NCBI GenBank assembly: GCA_947441115.1
Contig: CANESS010000001.1
Span: 1-49,465, forward strand
Direction: 5' to 3'
DNA: 49,465 bases
DNA from: Saprospirales bacterium
GTDB taxonomy: Bacteria; Bacteroidota; Bacteroidia; Chitinophagales; JADJOU01
Part shown: positions 29,608 through 37,898 of the stretch, piece by piece
Layout: every line of letters starts with the position of its first letter
Numbering within the stretch: position 1 is the stretch's first letter
Position numbers and translations under genes: made by a program
The notes under the pieces: generated by a model
Database searches by the model: none
What the model was told of the DNA's origin: nothing
Seen by the model: only the letters and a program-made list of their open reading frames with translations

Positions 29608-30177
29608 ATGAATTATTTATATTTATTATTTTATTATTTTATTATCTATCCTATTTATAAATTGCAATTTAAAAAAATAGGTAAGAGAACTAGACTGAAA
29701 TATCCATTAAAAATACAGGGGAAGTCAAATATAACATTAGGTAATAATGTCTTAGTACAATATAAAACTTGGTTAGCGTCTGTTCCTATGGCAAATAATA
29801 CATGTGAATTAGTCATAGGCAATAATTCTGTAATTGGGAATTTTAATCATATTTATGCTACGAAAAGCATAGTTATAGGTGATTCTGTCTTAACTGCCGA
29901 TAAAGTATATATATCTGACAACTCTCATAGTTTTGACAATCCTCAAATTCCTATTCTAAATCAACCTATAAAACAATTAAGTAAAGTTAAAATTGGCAAT
30001 GGAACTTGGATAGGAGAAAATGTATGCATAATTGGAGCAAGTGTTGGTAAAAACTGTGTCATTGGTGCCAATAGTGTTGTAACAAAAGATATTCCTGATT
30101 ACTCTATCGCTGTTGGTTCGCCAGCTGCTGTAATCAAACAATATTCATTTGAAAAAAAAGAATGGGTAAAAATTTAA
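29608..30177 (+). CDS. Hexapeptide-repeat (LbH) O-acetyltransferase, WbbJ/LacA-like
   Basis: Left-handed beta-helix repeats (IGNNSVIGNFNHI, IGDSVLTADKVYI, IGNGTWIGENVCIIGASVGKNCVIGANSVV). Hydrophobic N-terminus. The start was chosen at the ATG at 29608, just after the preceding stop; the track start at 29590 overlaps the upstream gene. Confidence 0.8.
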   Translation: MNYLYLLFYYFIIYPIYKLQFKKIGKRTRLKYPLKIQGKSNITLGNNVLVQYKTWLASVPMANNTCELVIGNNSVIGNFNHIYATKSIVIGDSVLTADKVYISDNSHSFDNPQIPILNQPIKQLSKVKIGNGTWIGENVCIIGASVGKNCVIGANSVVTKDIPDYSIAVGSPAAVIKQYSFEKKEWVKI

Positions 30178-30180
30178 GAA

Positions 30181-31317
30181 ATGAAAAAAATACTCATAAC
30201 AGGCGGAGCAGGGTTTATAGGTTCTAATTTGTGCTTAAAATTAGTAGAAAAAAACTATGAAGTGACAGTGATTGATAGTTTATCTGAACAAATTCATGGA
30301 TCCAACCCACTAATAAATTCTCCTCTTTATAATTCAATAAATGATAAAATTATTTTTATTCATGATACAATTTTAAATTCAGAATCGATAGAGAAAGCGA
30401 TTGGAGATAATGAAATTATTGTACATCTAGCGGCAGAAACTGGGACAGGGCAATCGATGTATGATATACATAATTATGTCAATGTTAACTCAACTGGAAC
30501 TGCATTATTGCTAGACATTTTGGCGAATAAAAAAAATAGTGTCAAAAAATTAATAGTGTCTTCTTCTAGAGCTTTATATGGTGAAGGGAAATATTTGAAT
30601 TCAAATAATGAATCGGTATACCCTTCGGCTCGATTAGATGCAAATATGAAAAATGGATTTTTTGATCCTATTGATTTACAAACCAATCAAAAATTAAAGC
30701 TTGTAGCAACTGATGAGTTATCAAAAATACATCCTAGCTCTGTTTATGGAATCACGAAACAAAATCAAGAGGATTTGATTATGACCGTTTGTCCTACGAT
30801 AGGTATCTCTCCAGTAGCTCTTAGATATCAAAATGTATACGGAGCGGGGCAATCATTAAAAAATCCATATACTGGAATTTTATCAATTTTCTCAAATCTT
30901 ATAAGGCAATATAAACCAATTAATATATTTGAAGATGGTCTAGAAAGTAGAGATTTTGTATATATTGATGACGTAGTCGATGCAACTATTTTAGCGATAG
31001 AAAATGAGAAAGCAAATAATCAAATTTTTAATGTAGGAACTGGACGAGCGCATACTGTAATAGAAGTTGCTCAAACGTTGATTAAAAATTATTCAATAAC
31101 TGTAGATTTAAACATAACGGGAAATTATAGATTAGGAGATATCAGACATAATTTCGCAGATATTACAAAAATTAAATCTATGTTAGGATTTATTCCTAAA
31201 GTGAGCTTTGAAACAGGGATTGATAAATTTGCCAAATGGGTATTGAGTCAAGAGGTAGAGCAAGATTTATATGAAAAATCTTTAATGGAATTAAAATCAA
31301 AAGGTTTATTGAAATAA
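30181..31317 (+). CDS. NAD-dependent sugar epimerase/dehydratase (extended SDR)
   Basis: 378 aa with ILITGGAGFIGSNL (Rossmann GxxGxxG) and the catalytic SSVYGITK (YxxxK). Confidence 0.85.
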   Translation: MKKILITGGAGFIGSNLCLKLVEKNYEVTVIDSLSEQIHGSNPLINSPLYNSINDKIIFIHDTILNSESIEKAIGDNEIIVHLAAETGTGQSMYDIHNYVNVNSTGTALLLDILANKKNSVKKLIVSSSRALYGEGKYLNSNNESVYPSARLDANMKNGFFDPIDLQTNQKLKLVATDELSKIHPSSVYGITKQNQEDLIMTVCPTIGISPVALRYQNVYGAGQSLKNPYTGILSIFSNLIRQYKPINIFEDGLESRDFVYIDDVVDATILAIENEKANNQIFNVGTGRAHTVIEVAQTLIKNYSITVDLNITGNYRLGDIRHNFADITKIKSMLGFIPKVSFETGIDKFAKWVLSQEVEQDLYEKSLMELKSKGLLK

Positions 31318-31322
31318 AAAAG

Positions 31323-32198
31323 ATGATAGGAATCGTAAGCGTTTTATATAAATCAGATGCTGTACTGCCTGATTTTTTTGAAAGTTTAGCCCGGCAAACT
31401 TATCAAGATTTTTTACTAATACTAGTCGATAATGATGCTAATGAAACTACTCAAAGTATCATTGAAATGCTCAATATACAGTATTCAAAAATTAGAATTG
31501 AATATATCGATAGCAATGCGAACATTGGAGTTGCAGCTGGCAATAATGTTGGGATACAAAGAGCTCAACATCTTAATTGTCAACAGACTTTATTATCAAA
31601 TAATGATATAGTTTTAGTTGAAAATGACATTTTAGATAAAATGATTTATTTAAATTTATCTGAAAATAAAAAACTTATCACACCTAAAATTTTATATTAC
31701 GATACAAAAAAAATATGGATGGCAGGAGGCTATTATAGTAAATGGCGATCTCTAGGTGTTCATTACGGAAATCATGCAGAAGCGGATGATTCTCGATTTA
31801 ACTTTTCAAGAGAAGTGACATATGCACCTACTTGTTTTATGTTTATAGATACTGAAGTTTTTGATAAAATAGGTCTTATGGATGAAAAATATTTTGTCTA
31901 TGTAGATGATACAGATTTCATTTACAGATGCGTACAAAACAACATACTGATTTGGTATGACCATACTAAAACTATTTTGCATAAAGTTTCTTCTTCAACA
32001 GGTGGAGATGACACCCCTTTTTATATTTATTATTCTAATAGAAATAAAATATATTTTGTAAAAAAACACTATGATTTAATTTTTAAAACAATTGCATTTT
32101 TTCATATATTTATAACTCGAACTATCAATTATTTTAGATACACAAAAAGCCAGAAAGATTCTTTAGTAAATGCAGTAAAGGATGGATTAAAAATGTAA
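31323..32198 (+). CDS. Glycosyltransferase family 2 (rhamnosyltransferase-like)
   Basis: 291 aa. N-terminal IGIVSVLYKS ... LILVDNDANE, then NIGVAAGNNVGI and an acidic YVDDTDF motif. Confidence 0.8.
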   Translation: MIGIVSVLYKSDAVLPDFFESLARQTYQDFLLILVDNDANETTQSIIEMLNIQYSKIRIEYIDSNANIGVAAGNNVGIQRAQHLNCQQTLLSNNDIVLVENDILDKMIYLNLSENKKLITPKILYYDTKKIWMAGGYYSKWRSLGVHYGNHAEADDSRFNFSREVTYAPTCFMFIDTEVFDKIGLMDEKYFVYVDDTDFIYRCVQNNILIWYDHTKTILHKVSSSTGGDDTPFYIYYSNRNKIYFVKKHYDLIFKTIAFFHIFITRTINYFRYTKSQKDSLVNAVKDGLKM

Positions 32199-32317
32199 AT
32201 TATGTTTATCAAATATCTTCAAAAACTCACTCCAAAACACCTCCGAATCAATAATTATTTCAGTCAAAATCCTTTTGTTTTGCTTGATTTTAAGGTGTAT
32301 TTTTAAGATAAAAATCA

Positions 32318-32983
32318 ATGAAAAAACTATTTATATTAGTCAGCAATTTATTAAAAACCCAAAATATATACATAACAAAGTCGTTAAGCTACTTTGGAAA
32401 AAGGCATATGTTGCTCCCTCCCAATATGGACTTTGTCCGAGCCGCAGCTTTAGAGCTGTGTGTATATGAGATTAAATTGAAAAATTTAGAGGGAAATGTT
32501 GCAGAGGTAGGAGTCTATAAAGGAAGCTTTGCTCAGAAATTGAATATTTTATTTCCTGATAAAGATCTTTATCTTTTTGATACATTTGAGGGATTTGATG
32601 CTAAAGATGTAAAATTTGAAAAAGAAAAGAAGTATTCTACTGGAGAGCAAGATTTTTCGGATACTAGTGTAGATTATGTTTTAAATAAAATGCCGAATAG
32701 GAATAAGTGCATTGTAAGAAAAGGATTTTTTCCAGAAACGGCCATAGGACTTGAAGATAGTTTTTGCTTTGTGAGTATAGATCCTGATTTATATCAGCCT
32801 ATTTATGATGGATTAGTATATTTTTATCCTAGACTTGTAAGAGGCGGATACATTTTTATTCACGATTTTAATAATGAAGGCTATAAAGGTGCAAGACAAG
32901 CTGTGGTAGATTTCTGCACTCAATATGGTATTGGATTTACCCCAATTCCTGACAATTCAGGTACAGCTATTATAGTGAAATAA
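32318..32983 (+). CDS. TylF/MycF/NovP-type (macrocin-like) sugar O-methyltransferase
   Basis: 221 aa with GNVAEVGVYKGSFA (SAM glycine motif) and SIDPDLYQPIYDGLVYFYPRLVRGGYIFIHDF (metal-binding Asp context) typical of TylF-family enzymes. Confidence 0.75.
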   Translation: MKKLFILVSNLLKTQNIYITKSLSYFGKRHMLLPPNMDFVRAAALELCVYEIKLKNLEGNVAEVGVYKGSFAQKLNILFPDKDLYLFDTFEGFDAKDVKFEKEKKYSTGEQDFSDTSVDYVLNKMPNRNKCIVRKGFFPETAIGLEDSFCFVSIDPDLYQPIYDGLVYFYPRLVRGGYIFIHDFNNEGYKGARQAVVDFCTQYGIGFTPIPDNSGTAIIVK

Positions 32984-34115
32984 GTCTGTCCAGTTCATCC
33001 ACTATCCTTCGAGTAACATTTTTCCACGAATAGTAAGAGTAAAATTTCTCAGATATTTCTATTTCGGAATTTAAAGCTAAATTGATATTTTCTGCAAAGT
33101 GAGACCAATTGTCATCTGTTGATATCCACACCATACCTTGACAGGATTCCACATCTAGGCCGAAGCTTCCATTTTCTGTACTGACGACTTTGATATTATT
33201 TCCTAGAGCCTCTATCGCCTTAGTTTTAATACCGCCTCCAGAAAGCATAGGATTGAGCATGAGGTCAGCGCTGTAGAGTATGTCATTTATGTTTTCTACA
33301 AAGCCTAAATAAATAACTGCCCCTTTTGTTTCGTTTATTTTTTTGACTAATACTTCATTTAGTCCTTTTCCTATGATAAGGATTTTGAAATCATTTCTGT
33401 ATTTAGATAATCTAGGATATATTTCGAATAGAATATTTTCTACAGCTTCATCGTTTGGATGATAGTTATAAGAACCTGCGAAATACAATAATTTAGTATT
33501 CAAATCTACATTAAGTTGATGACACAATACTTCTTTATACTTTGTATCCTTGATAGGTTTTTCTGTTAGATTGATGCCAAATGGAGATACGATGCATTTA
33601 TCATCAGAAAGAGCATAATTTTTCATGGCCCAGAGTCTATCTTCATTGGTTACAAAAAATATCAATTGAGAGTTTTTCATGACCCATTTTTCATAGTAAA
33701 ATAGAATTTCCCACCACCACTTATTGAGTGATCTAAATCGCTCTGCTTCTATATTATGGGAGTAGGTTAGCAATGGTTTTTTGCATATACGTGAGGCTAA
33801 AATTCCTAATAATCCAAGATAGGGGTGCGAACACAAAATAATATCTATTTTTTCCTCCTTTATTGTTTTTAGAATTTTGGAAAGATAGTATAGCTGACTA
33901 TAGGTTAAAATATTATTCTTAAAAATTTTTAAAAGAGAAAATTTTATCTTTTCCTCTGAGGCATTTCTGTCATTAGCTTTATGGCCTATGACAATAGAAT
34001 CTGCATACTCTGAAATGTAATTGTGAAAATATAGATGTGCTAAGTGCCCGCCTAATTTTGCAGGCAAGAATTTATAAGAAATGAGTGTAAGCAGCCTAAT
34101 GCGTTTTTTGCTCAT
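32970..34115 (-). CDS. GT-B-fold glycosyltransferase (family 4 / Glycos_transf_1)
   Basis: 381 aa. C-terminal donor-binding region YSADLMLNPMLSGGGIKTKAIEALGNNIKVVST (E-x7-E-like). Its 3' end overlaps the convergent TylF-type gene by 14 nt. Confidence 0.75.
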   Translation of the reverse strand: MSKKRIRLLTLISYKFLPAKLGGHLAHLYFHNYISEYADSIVIGHKANDRNASEEKIKFSLLKIFKNNILTYSQLYYLSKILKTIKEEKIDIILCSHPYLGLLGILASRICKKPLLTYSHNIEAERFRSLNKWWWEILFYYEKWVMKNSQLIFFVTNEDRLWAMKNYALSDDKCIVSPFGINLTEKPIKDTKYKEVLCHQLNVDLNTKLLYFAGSYNYHPNDEAVENILFEIYPRLSKYRNDFKILIIGKGLNEVLVKKINETKGAVIYLGFVENINDILYSADLMLNPMLSGGGIKTKAIEALGNNIKVVSTENGSFGLDVESCQGMVWISTDDNWSHFAENINLALNSEIEISEKFYSYYSWKNVTRRIVDELDRLISL

Positions 34116-34202
34116 TTATATTAAACTGAACTCTATTAAATATATACCGCCCATCATTATTTTTAGTGCCTCACACTTGAGGATAGAATTAATCGGTTCG
34201 AG

Positions 34203-36614
34203 TTAAATAGTTTTTGACCGGCGGAAGTAAATAAAATAAATAAATCCAAGGCATAAAGTAAAAGATATAGCACTCGCTATATACCCAAAACTCAAAAATG
34301 TGTTTAGCTTTTTAGCAGTAAATTTCATCTCCACTTTATTATTACCGGCAGGAATATAGGCTCCTCTTAAGAGGTAATTGACACGAACAAGCTTCTGAGG
34401 TTTCCCGTTAACGTATAGATTCCAGTCTTCATTTCCTTTGTACCATATTTCTGAGAATACGACGAATCCGCCTGCTGAGGAATTAGATTGATACTCCATA
34501 TTGTCAGGGTGGTATTTGGATAGACTTATACTCGCATTGGGATCAGTATTGACTGCGAAGTTAGTTTCTTTTTTGAAGTCCTGGCCTATCCATACGGTAT
34601 TTTTAGGATTGAAAGTACCTATAGAGTCCATTTCCTCATTCGCATTTTTTGCAAATTTTACTTCTTTTATAAACCATGCGTTGCCACAGGCATCAGGGTT
34701 TTGCTGAGGCATTTTTTGACCTTGGTTATCTACAATGAGGTACTTTGTATTGAGCATGTTTAATACTGCAAAGTTCCCTTTGGATAGATGGACATCGATC
34801 AAATCTTGATAACGGAACAATTTAGCTGGCGAATATCCGCCAACATTGCTAAATCGATATCCATCTGTATTGTCGCTAAATACACTTTGACTCGTGGTAT
34901 TGAATATTCTGAAATGCGTTTTGTCCTGCTCAAGATATTGATTGTAGGCTTCGTTTGGAATAAGATCTTCTGTTTTCTCTACTTTCTGAAATACATCAGT
35001 AGATAAATAACGTTTGTGCACACTCCAAAGATCAAAAAAGATAAGCACTCCTAGCAAGATGAAAATATGATTTCGGGTAAGTTTATCTTTAATATAGAAG
35101 TATAACCCTCCAACCGATAACAATGCTAAAATAAAAGTTCTTAACATATCTGATTTAAAGAAAGATGCTCTATCCGCAATAGCTAAATTCAAGGCTTCTT
35201 TATTATTAGCAAAGGTTTGTAAATCATTCTCTCCGCTGTAGCCAGCATTAGAAACTATTATAAAACCTAAAATTAAAAGTCCAACATAAGTGTAAACAGC
35301 ATGTTTAAAAGATTTGATTACTGCTTCTTTATTATCCTCATTGAAAAACGAATGAAGCCCCAGACCTATAGTCAGTATTGTTATAGCATTCAAAATAGAA
35401 AAGGACATGGTCGGGGTCCTAAACTTATTGTACATCGGTAGATAGTTAAAGAGTATTTCATTGAACCCTAAAAAGCTTCTGCCTAAGCCCATGAATAAAG
35501 ACAGGATAAAAATTCCTAAAAGCGCATATTTAAATTTATTCTTCCAATAAAATAGGGAGAAAATAAATAGAAACATAATTACTGCCCCTAAATAGTTAGG
35601 AGCACCAGTAAATGGTTGTATACCCCAATACAGAAACTGGATAACTTGCTCCTTTTCATTTGGATTCATGGCTTCTGCCAATTTAGACTTACTAGTTTTA
35701 ACAGTATAATTATTAGAACCTCCTGCTGCATCTGGCACCATAAAATTGAGAAGTTCATTTACAGAATAGCTCCAACTAAAAGCATAATTTATATCCAGTC
35801 CTCCATCTTTACCTGTTGATTTAGAATTGGGTCTTACCAATTCTGACTTGCCTCCGCGCATTGTCTCCTTATTATAATCCTGAACTATTAGTAAGGTAGA
35901 TAAATTAGGCAGAGCTCCTAGGGCCACAAAGACTAATACGATGAGTCCCTTTTTCACAAATGGAACAAATGATTTAGTCACTAGAGCATCATATATAAAA
36001 TAAACTGCAAGTAGAATACAAACTATAGCCCCATAATATACAATCTGGTAGTGACCATATGCTATTGAAAGATTTAATCCTAGCATAATAGCGATTAACC
36101 CAATTAATTTATTGTGCTTAATGTAGGCTGTAAATCCAGCATAAACTGGGAACATAAATGCAAAGGATAAAATTTTTGTAGGGTGGGAGGCCCATAAGGA
36201 ATCTAATGTCCATGTATTCAGACCTAATGCAATCGCTAAGATAAATGCAAGTTGTCTATTTATATTTAATAAAATAAGAGATAAAAATCCGCATAAAAAA
36301 ACAATAAATAGATTCGAAATATTATTGGGCAATAACCCTACAACTTTTGTGTAATATTTGTGAATAAGATTGCCTGAAATATCTGCAGCTATAGTGAAAA
36401 GAGGCATCCCACTAAAAATACGGTTGGTCCATAGAATACTTTCTCCTTTTTTGTTATAATCTAGATATTCCTTGGCTGCAGCATGCCATGTTACCGCATC
36501 GTTAGCGCTAAGCTTCTTCCCTTGAAGCTCAGGATAAAAAATAACACAAGAAACTAATATAAGACCTACAATATATGGAAGATAGCTCTTCATTTTTTCA
36601 ATGATTTCCTTCAT
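34203..36614 (-). CDS. YfhO-family polytopic membrane protein (GT-C-like putative extracytoplasmic glycosyltransferase)
   Basis: 803 aa. More than 12 predicted TM helices in the N-terminal ~540 aa, a large soluble C-terminal domain and one final TM anchor. The size and layout match my recollection of Bacteroidota YfhO-type proteins. Confidence 0.65.
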   Translation of the reverse strand: MKEIIEKMKSYLPYIVGLILVSCVIFYPELQGKKLSANDAVTWHAAAKEYLDYNKKGESILWTNRIFSGMPLFTIAADISGNLIHKYYTKVVGLLPNNISNLFIVFLCGFLSLILLNINRQLAFILAIALGLNTWTLDSLWASHPTKILSFAFMFPVYAGFTAYIKHNKLIGLIAIMLGLNLSIAYGHYQIVYYGAIVCILLAVYFIYDALVTKSFVPFVKKGLIVLVFVALGALPNLSTLLIVQDYNKETMRGGKSELVRPNSKSTGKDGGLDINYAFSWSYSVNELLNFMVPDAAGGSNNYTVKTSKSKLAEAMNPNEKEQVIQFLYWGIQPFTGAPNYLGAVIMFLFIFSLFYWKNKFKYALLGIFILSLFMGLGRSFLGFNEILFNYLPMYNKFRTPTMSFSILNAITILTIGLGLHSFFNEDNKEAVIKSFKHAVYTYVGLLILGFIIVSNAGYSGENDLQTFANNKEALNLAIADRASFFKSDMLRTFILALLSVGGLYFYIKDKLTRNHIFILLGVLIFFDLWSVHKRYLSTDVFQKVEKTEDLIPNEAYNQYLEQDKTHFRIFNTTSQSVFSDNTDGYRFSNVGGYSPAKLFRYQDLIDVHLSKGNFAVLNMLNTKYLIVDNQGQKMPQQNPDACGNAWFIKEVKFAKNANEEMDSIGTFNPKNTVWIGQDFKKETNFAVNTDPNASISLSKYHPDNMEYQSNSSAGGFVVFSEIWYKGNEDWNLYVNGKPQKLVRVNYLLRGAYIPAGNNKVEMKFTAKKLNTFLSFGYIASAISFTLCLGFIYFIYFRRSKTI

Positions 36615-36629
36615 TTTATATTATTTATT

Positions 36630-37400
36630 TTAAAATTTAAGATGCTTTATCGTTTGTCCGTTATTTATAAGTTGTTTCAAGGAGTCAATACCTATTTGTA
36701 TATGTATATCGACATAGTTGGCAGTGACACTGGTATCGCTTTTCTCGGTTTTCACACCATCTGGTTCCATTGGTTTATCACTTATCAGGAGTAATGCACC
36801 GGTACGTATTTTATTATAATGACCTACCGTGAATATGGTGGCGGTTTCCATATCGATGGCTTCTACGCGGAGGTTAGTGAGATAATTTTTAAAGTCCGCG
36901 TCGTGTTCCCATACTCTTCGATTAGTGGTATATACTGTTCCAGTCCAGTAGTCCCTGTCGTAGTCTCGAATGGTTGTAGATATGGCTTTCTGAAGAGCAA
37001 AGGCAGGTAATGCAGGAAGCTCCGATGGAAAGTAGTCATTCGAAGTTCCTTCACCGCGCACAGCAGCTATAGGTAGAATTAAATCTCCGATGTTAAATTT
37101 GGACTTTAAGGCGCCACATTTACCTAAGAAAAGGCAAGCTTTTGGATTAATAGCCTTGAGTAAATCCATTACTGTAGCAGCGTTAGGGCTCCCCATGCCG
37201 AAATTAATAATCGTGATATTATCTTTAGTGGCGGTTTGCATGGGTCTTTGTTTGCCCTTGATTTCTACTTGAAATTTTTCCGCAAAAAGTTCTACATAGC
37301 CTATAAAATTGGTAAGTAAGATATAGTCACCAAAGGCTTCCAATGGAACCCCAGTATATCTAGGCAGCCAATTATTAACTATCTCCTCTTTCGAATTCAT
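36630..37400 (-). CDS. amn: AMP nucleosidase (short form; nucleoside phosphorylase-I fold)
   Basis: 256 aa. The N-terminus NNWLPRYTGVPLEAFGDYILLTNF and the FGMGSPNAAT, MEPDGVKT regions match the short Bacteroidota AMP nucleosidase pattern. Confidence 0.75.
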   Translation of the reverse strand: MNSKEEIVNNWLPRYTGVPLEAFGDYILLTNFIGYVELFAEKFQVEIKGKQRPMQTATKDNITIINFGMGSPNAATVMDLLKAINPKACLFLGKCGALKSKFNIGDLILPIAAVRGEGTSNDYFPSELPALPAFALQKAISTTIRDYDRDYWTGTVYTTNRRVWEHDADFKNYLTNLRVEAIDMETATIFTVGHYNKIRTGALLLISDKPMEPDGVKTEKSDTSVTANYVDIHIQIGIDSLKQLINNGQTIKHLKF

Positions 37401-37407
37401 TCTCGTC

Positions 37408-37415
37408 TATTTTTG
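37408..37415 (+). promoter_or_regulatory. Candidate -7 promoter box (TATTTTTG)
   Basis: Exact TAnnTTTG match 24 nt upstream of the GTG start at 37439. Confidence 0.3.
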
Positions 37416-37438
37416 CAAATATAATCCAAATCTATAAA

Positions 37439-37858
37439 GTGAAAAAATACGTTTTATTTTATACCATTTCAGTCCTATTTGCTTGCAGCTTGTTTTCACA
37501 ATCTTCAAATCTAGATAGCCTGCGAATGAATGCTATGATAGTTAAAGATACACTGCTTTTGAAGCGAATACTCCATGATTCCTTATACTATATCCATTCT
37601 AACGGACTCGTTGAATCTAAAAGTGATTTTTTATCCTCCATAACGTTTGGCAAAATTGAATATAATGACATGCAAATACAAGAAAGGAAGCAACGCACAG
37701 TTAATAGAATGAGTCGTTCTTATACTGGGATAGTGCGTGTGATTGGAAAATATAAGGGGGAGTATTTTCAAGTAAAACTTGCTTTTACCTCTCACTATCG
37801 AAGACAAGGTAAATACTTCAAACTGATTTATTGGCAGTCGACTAAAATGACTGATTAA
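37439..37858 (+). CDS. Secreted NTF2-like (DUF4440/SnoaL-like) protein
   Basis: 139 aa. Signal peptide with a possible lipobox (VLFACS). Pattern LHDSLYYIHSNGLVESKSDFLSSI ... FKLIYWQST is typical of DUF4440-type NTF2 folds. Confidence 0.55.
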   Translation: MKKYVLFYTISVLFACSLFSQSSNLDSLRMNAMIVKDTLLLKRILHDSLYYIHSNGLVESKSDFLSSITFGKIEYNDMQIQERKQRTVNRMSRSYTGIVRVIGKYKGEYFQVKLAFTSHYRRQGKYFKLIYWQSTKMTD

Positions 37859-37898
37859 TCTACAATTTTCTATATCTAAGAACCTATCTAAATTTCAA

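Noticed and set aside
32199-32317. The only sizeable gap (119 nt) in the plus-strand glycan operon. It contains a 34-codon ORF at 32202..32306 (MFIKYLQKLTPKHLRINNYFSQNPFVLLDFKVYF), considered as a frameshifted N-terminus of the TylF-type gene.
   Set aside because: The small ORF is in a different frame, and the TylF frame has a stop at 32309..32311. The 221-aa TylF-type ORF already looks full length. The overlapping 64-aa track ORF (32275..32469) is a shadow frame. No exact TAnnTTTG box is present, only near matches ending in A. I cannot support either a remnant or an internal promoter.
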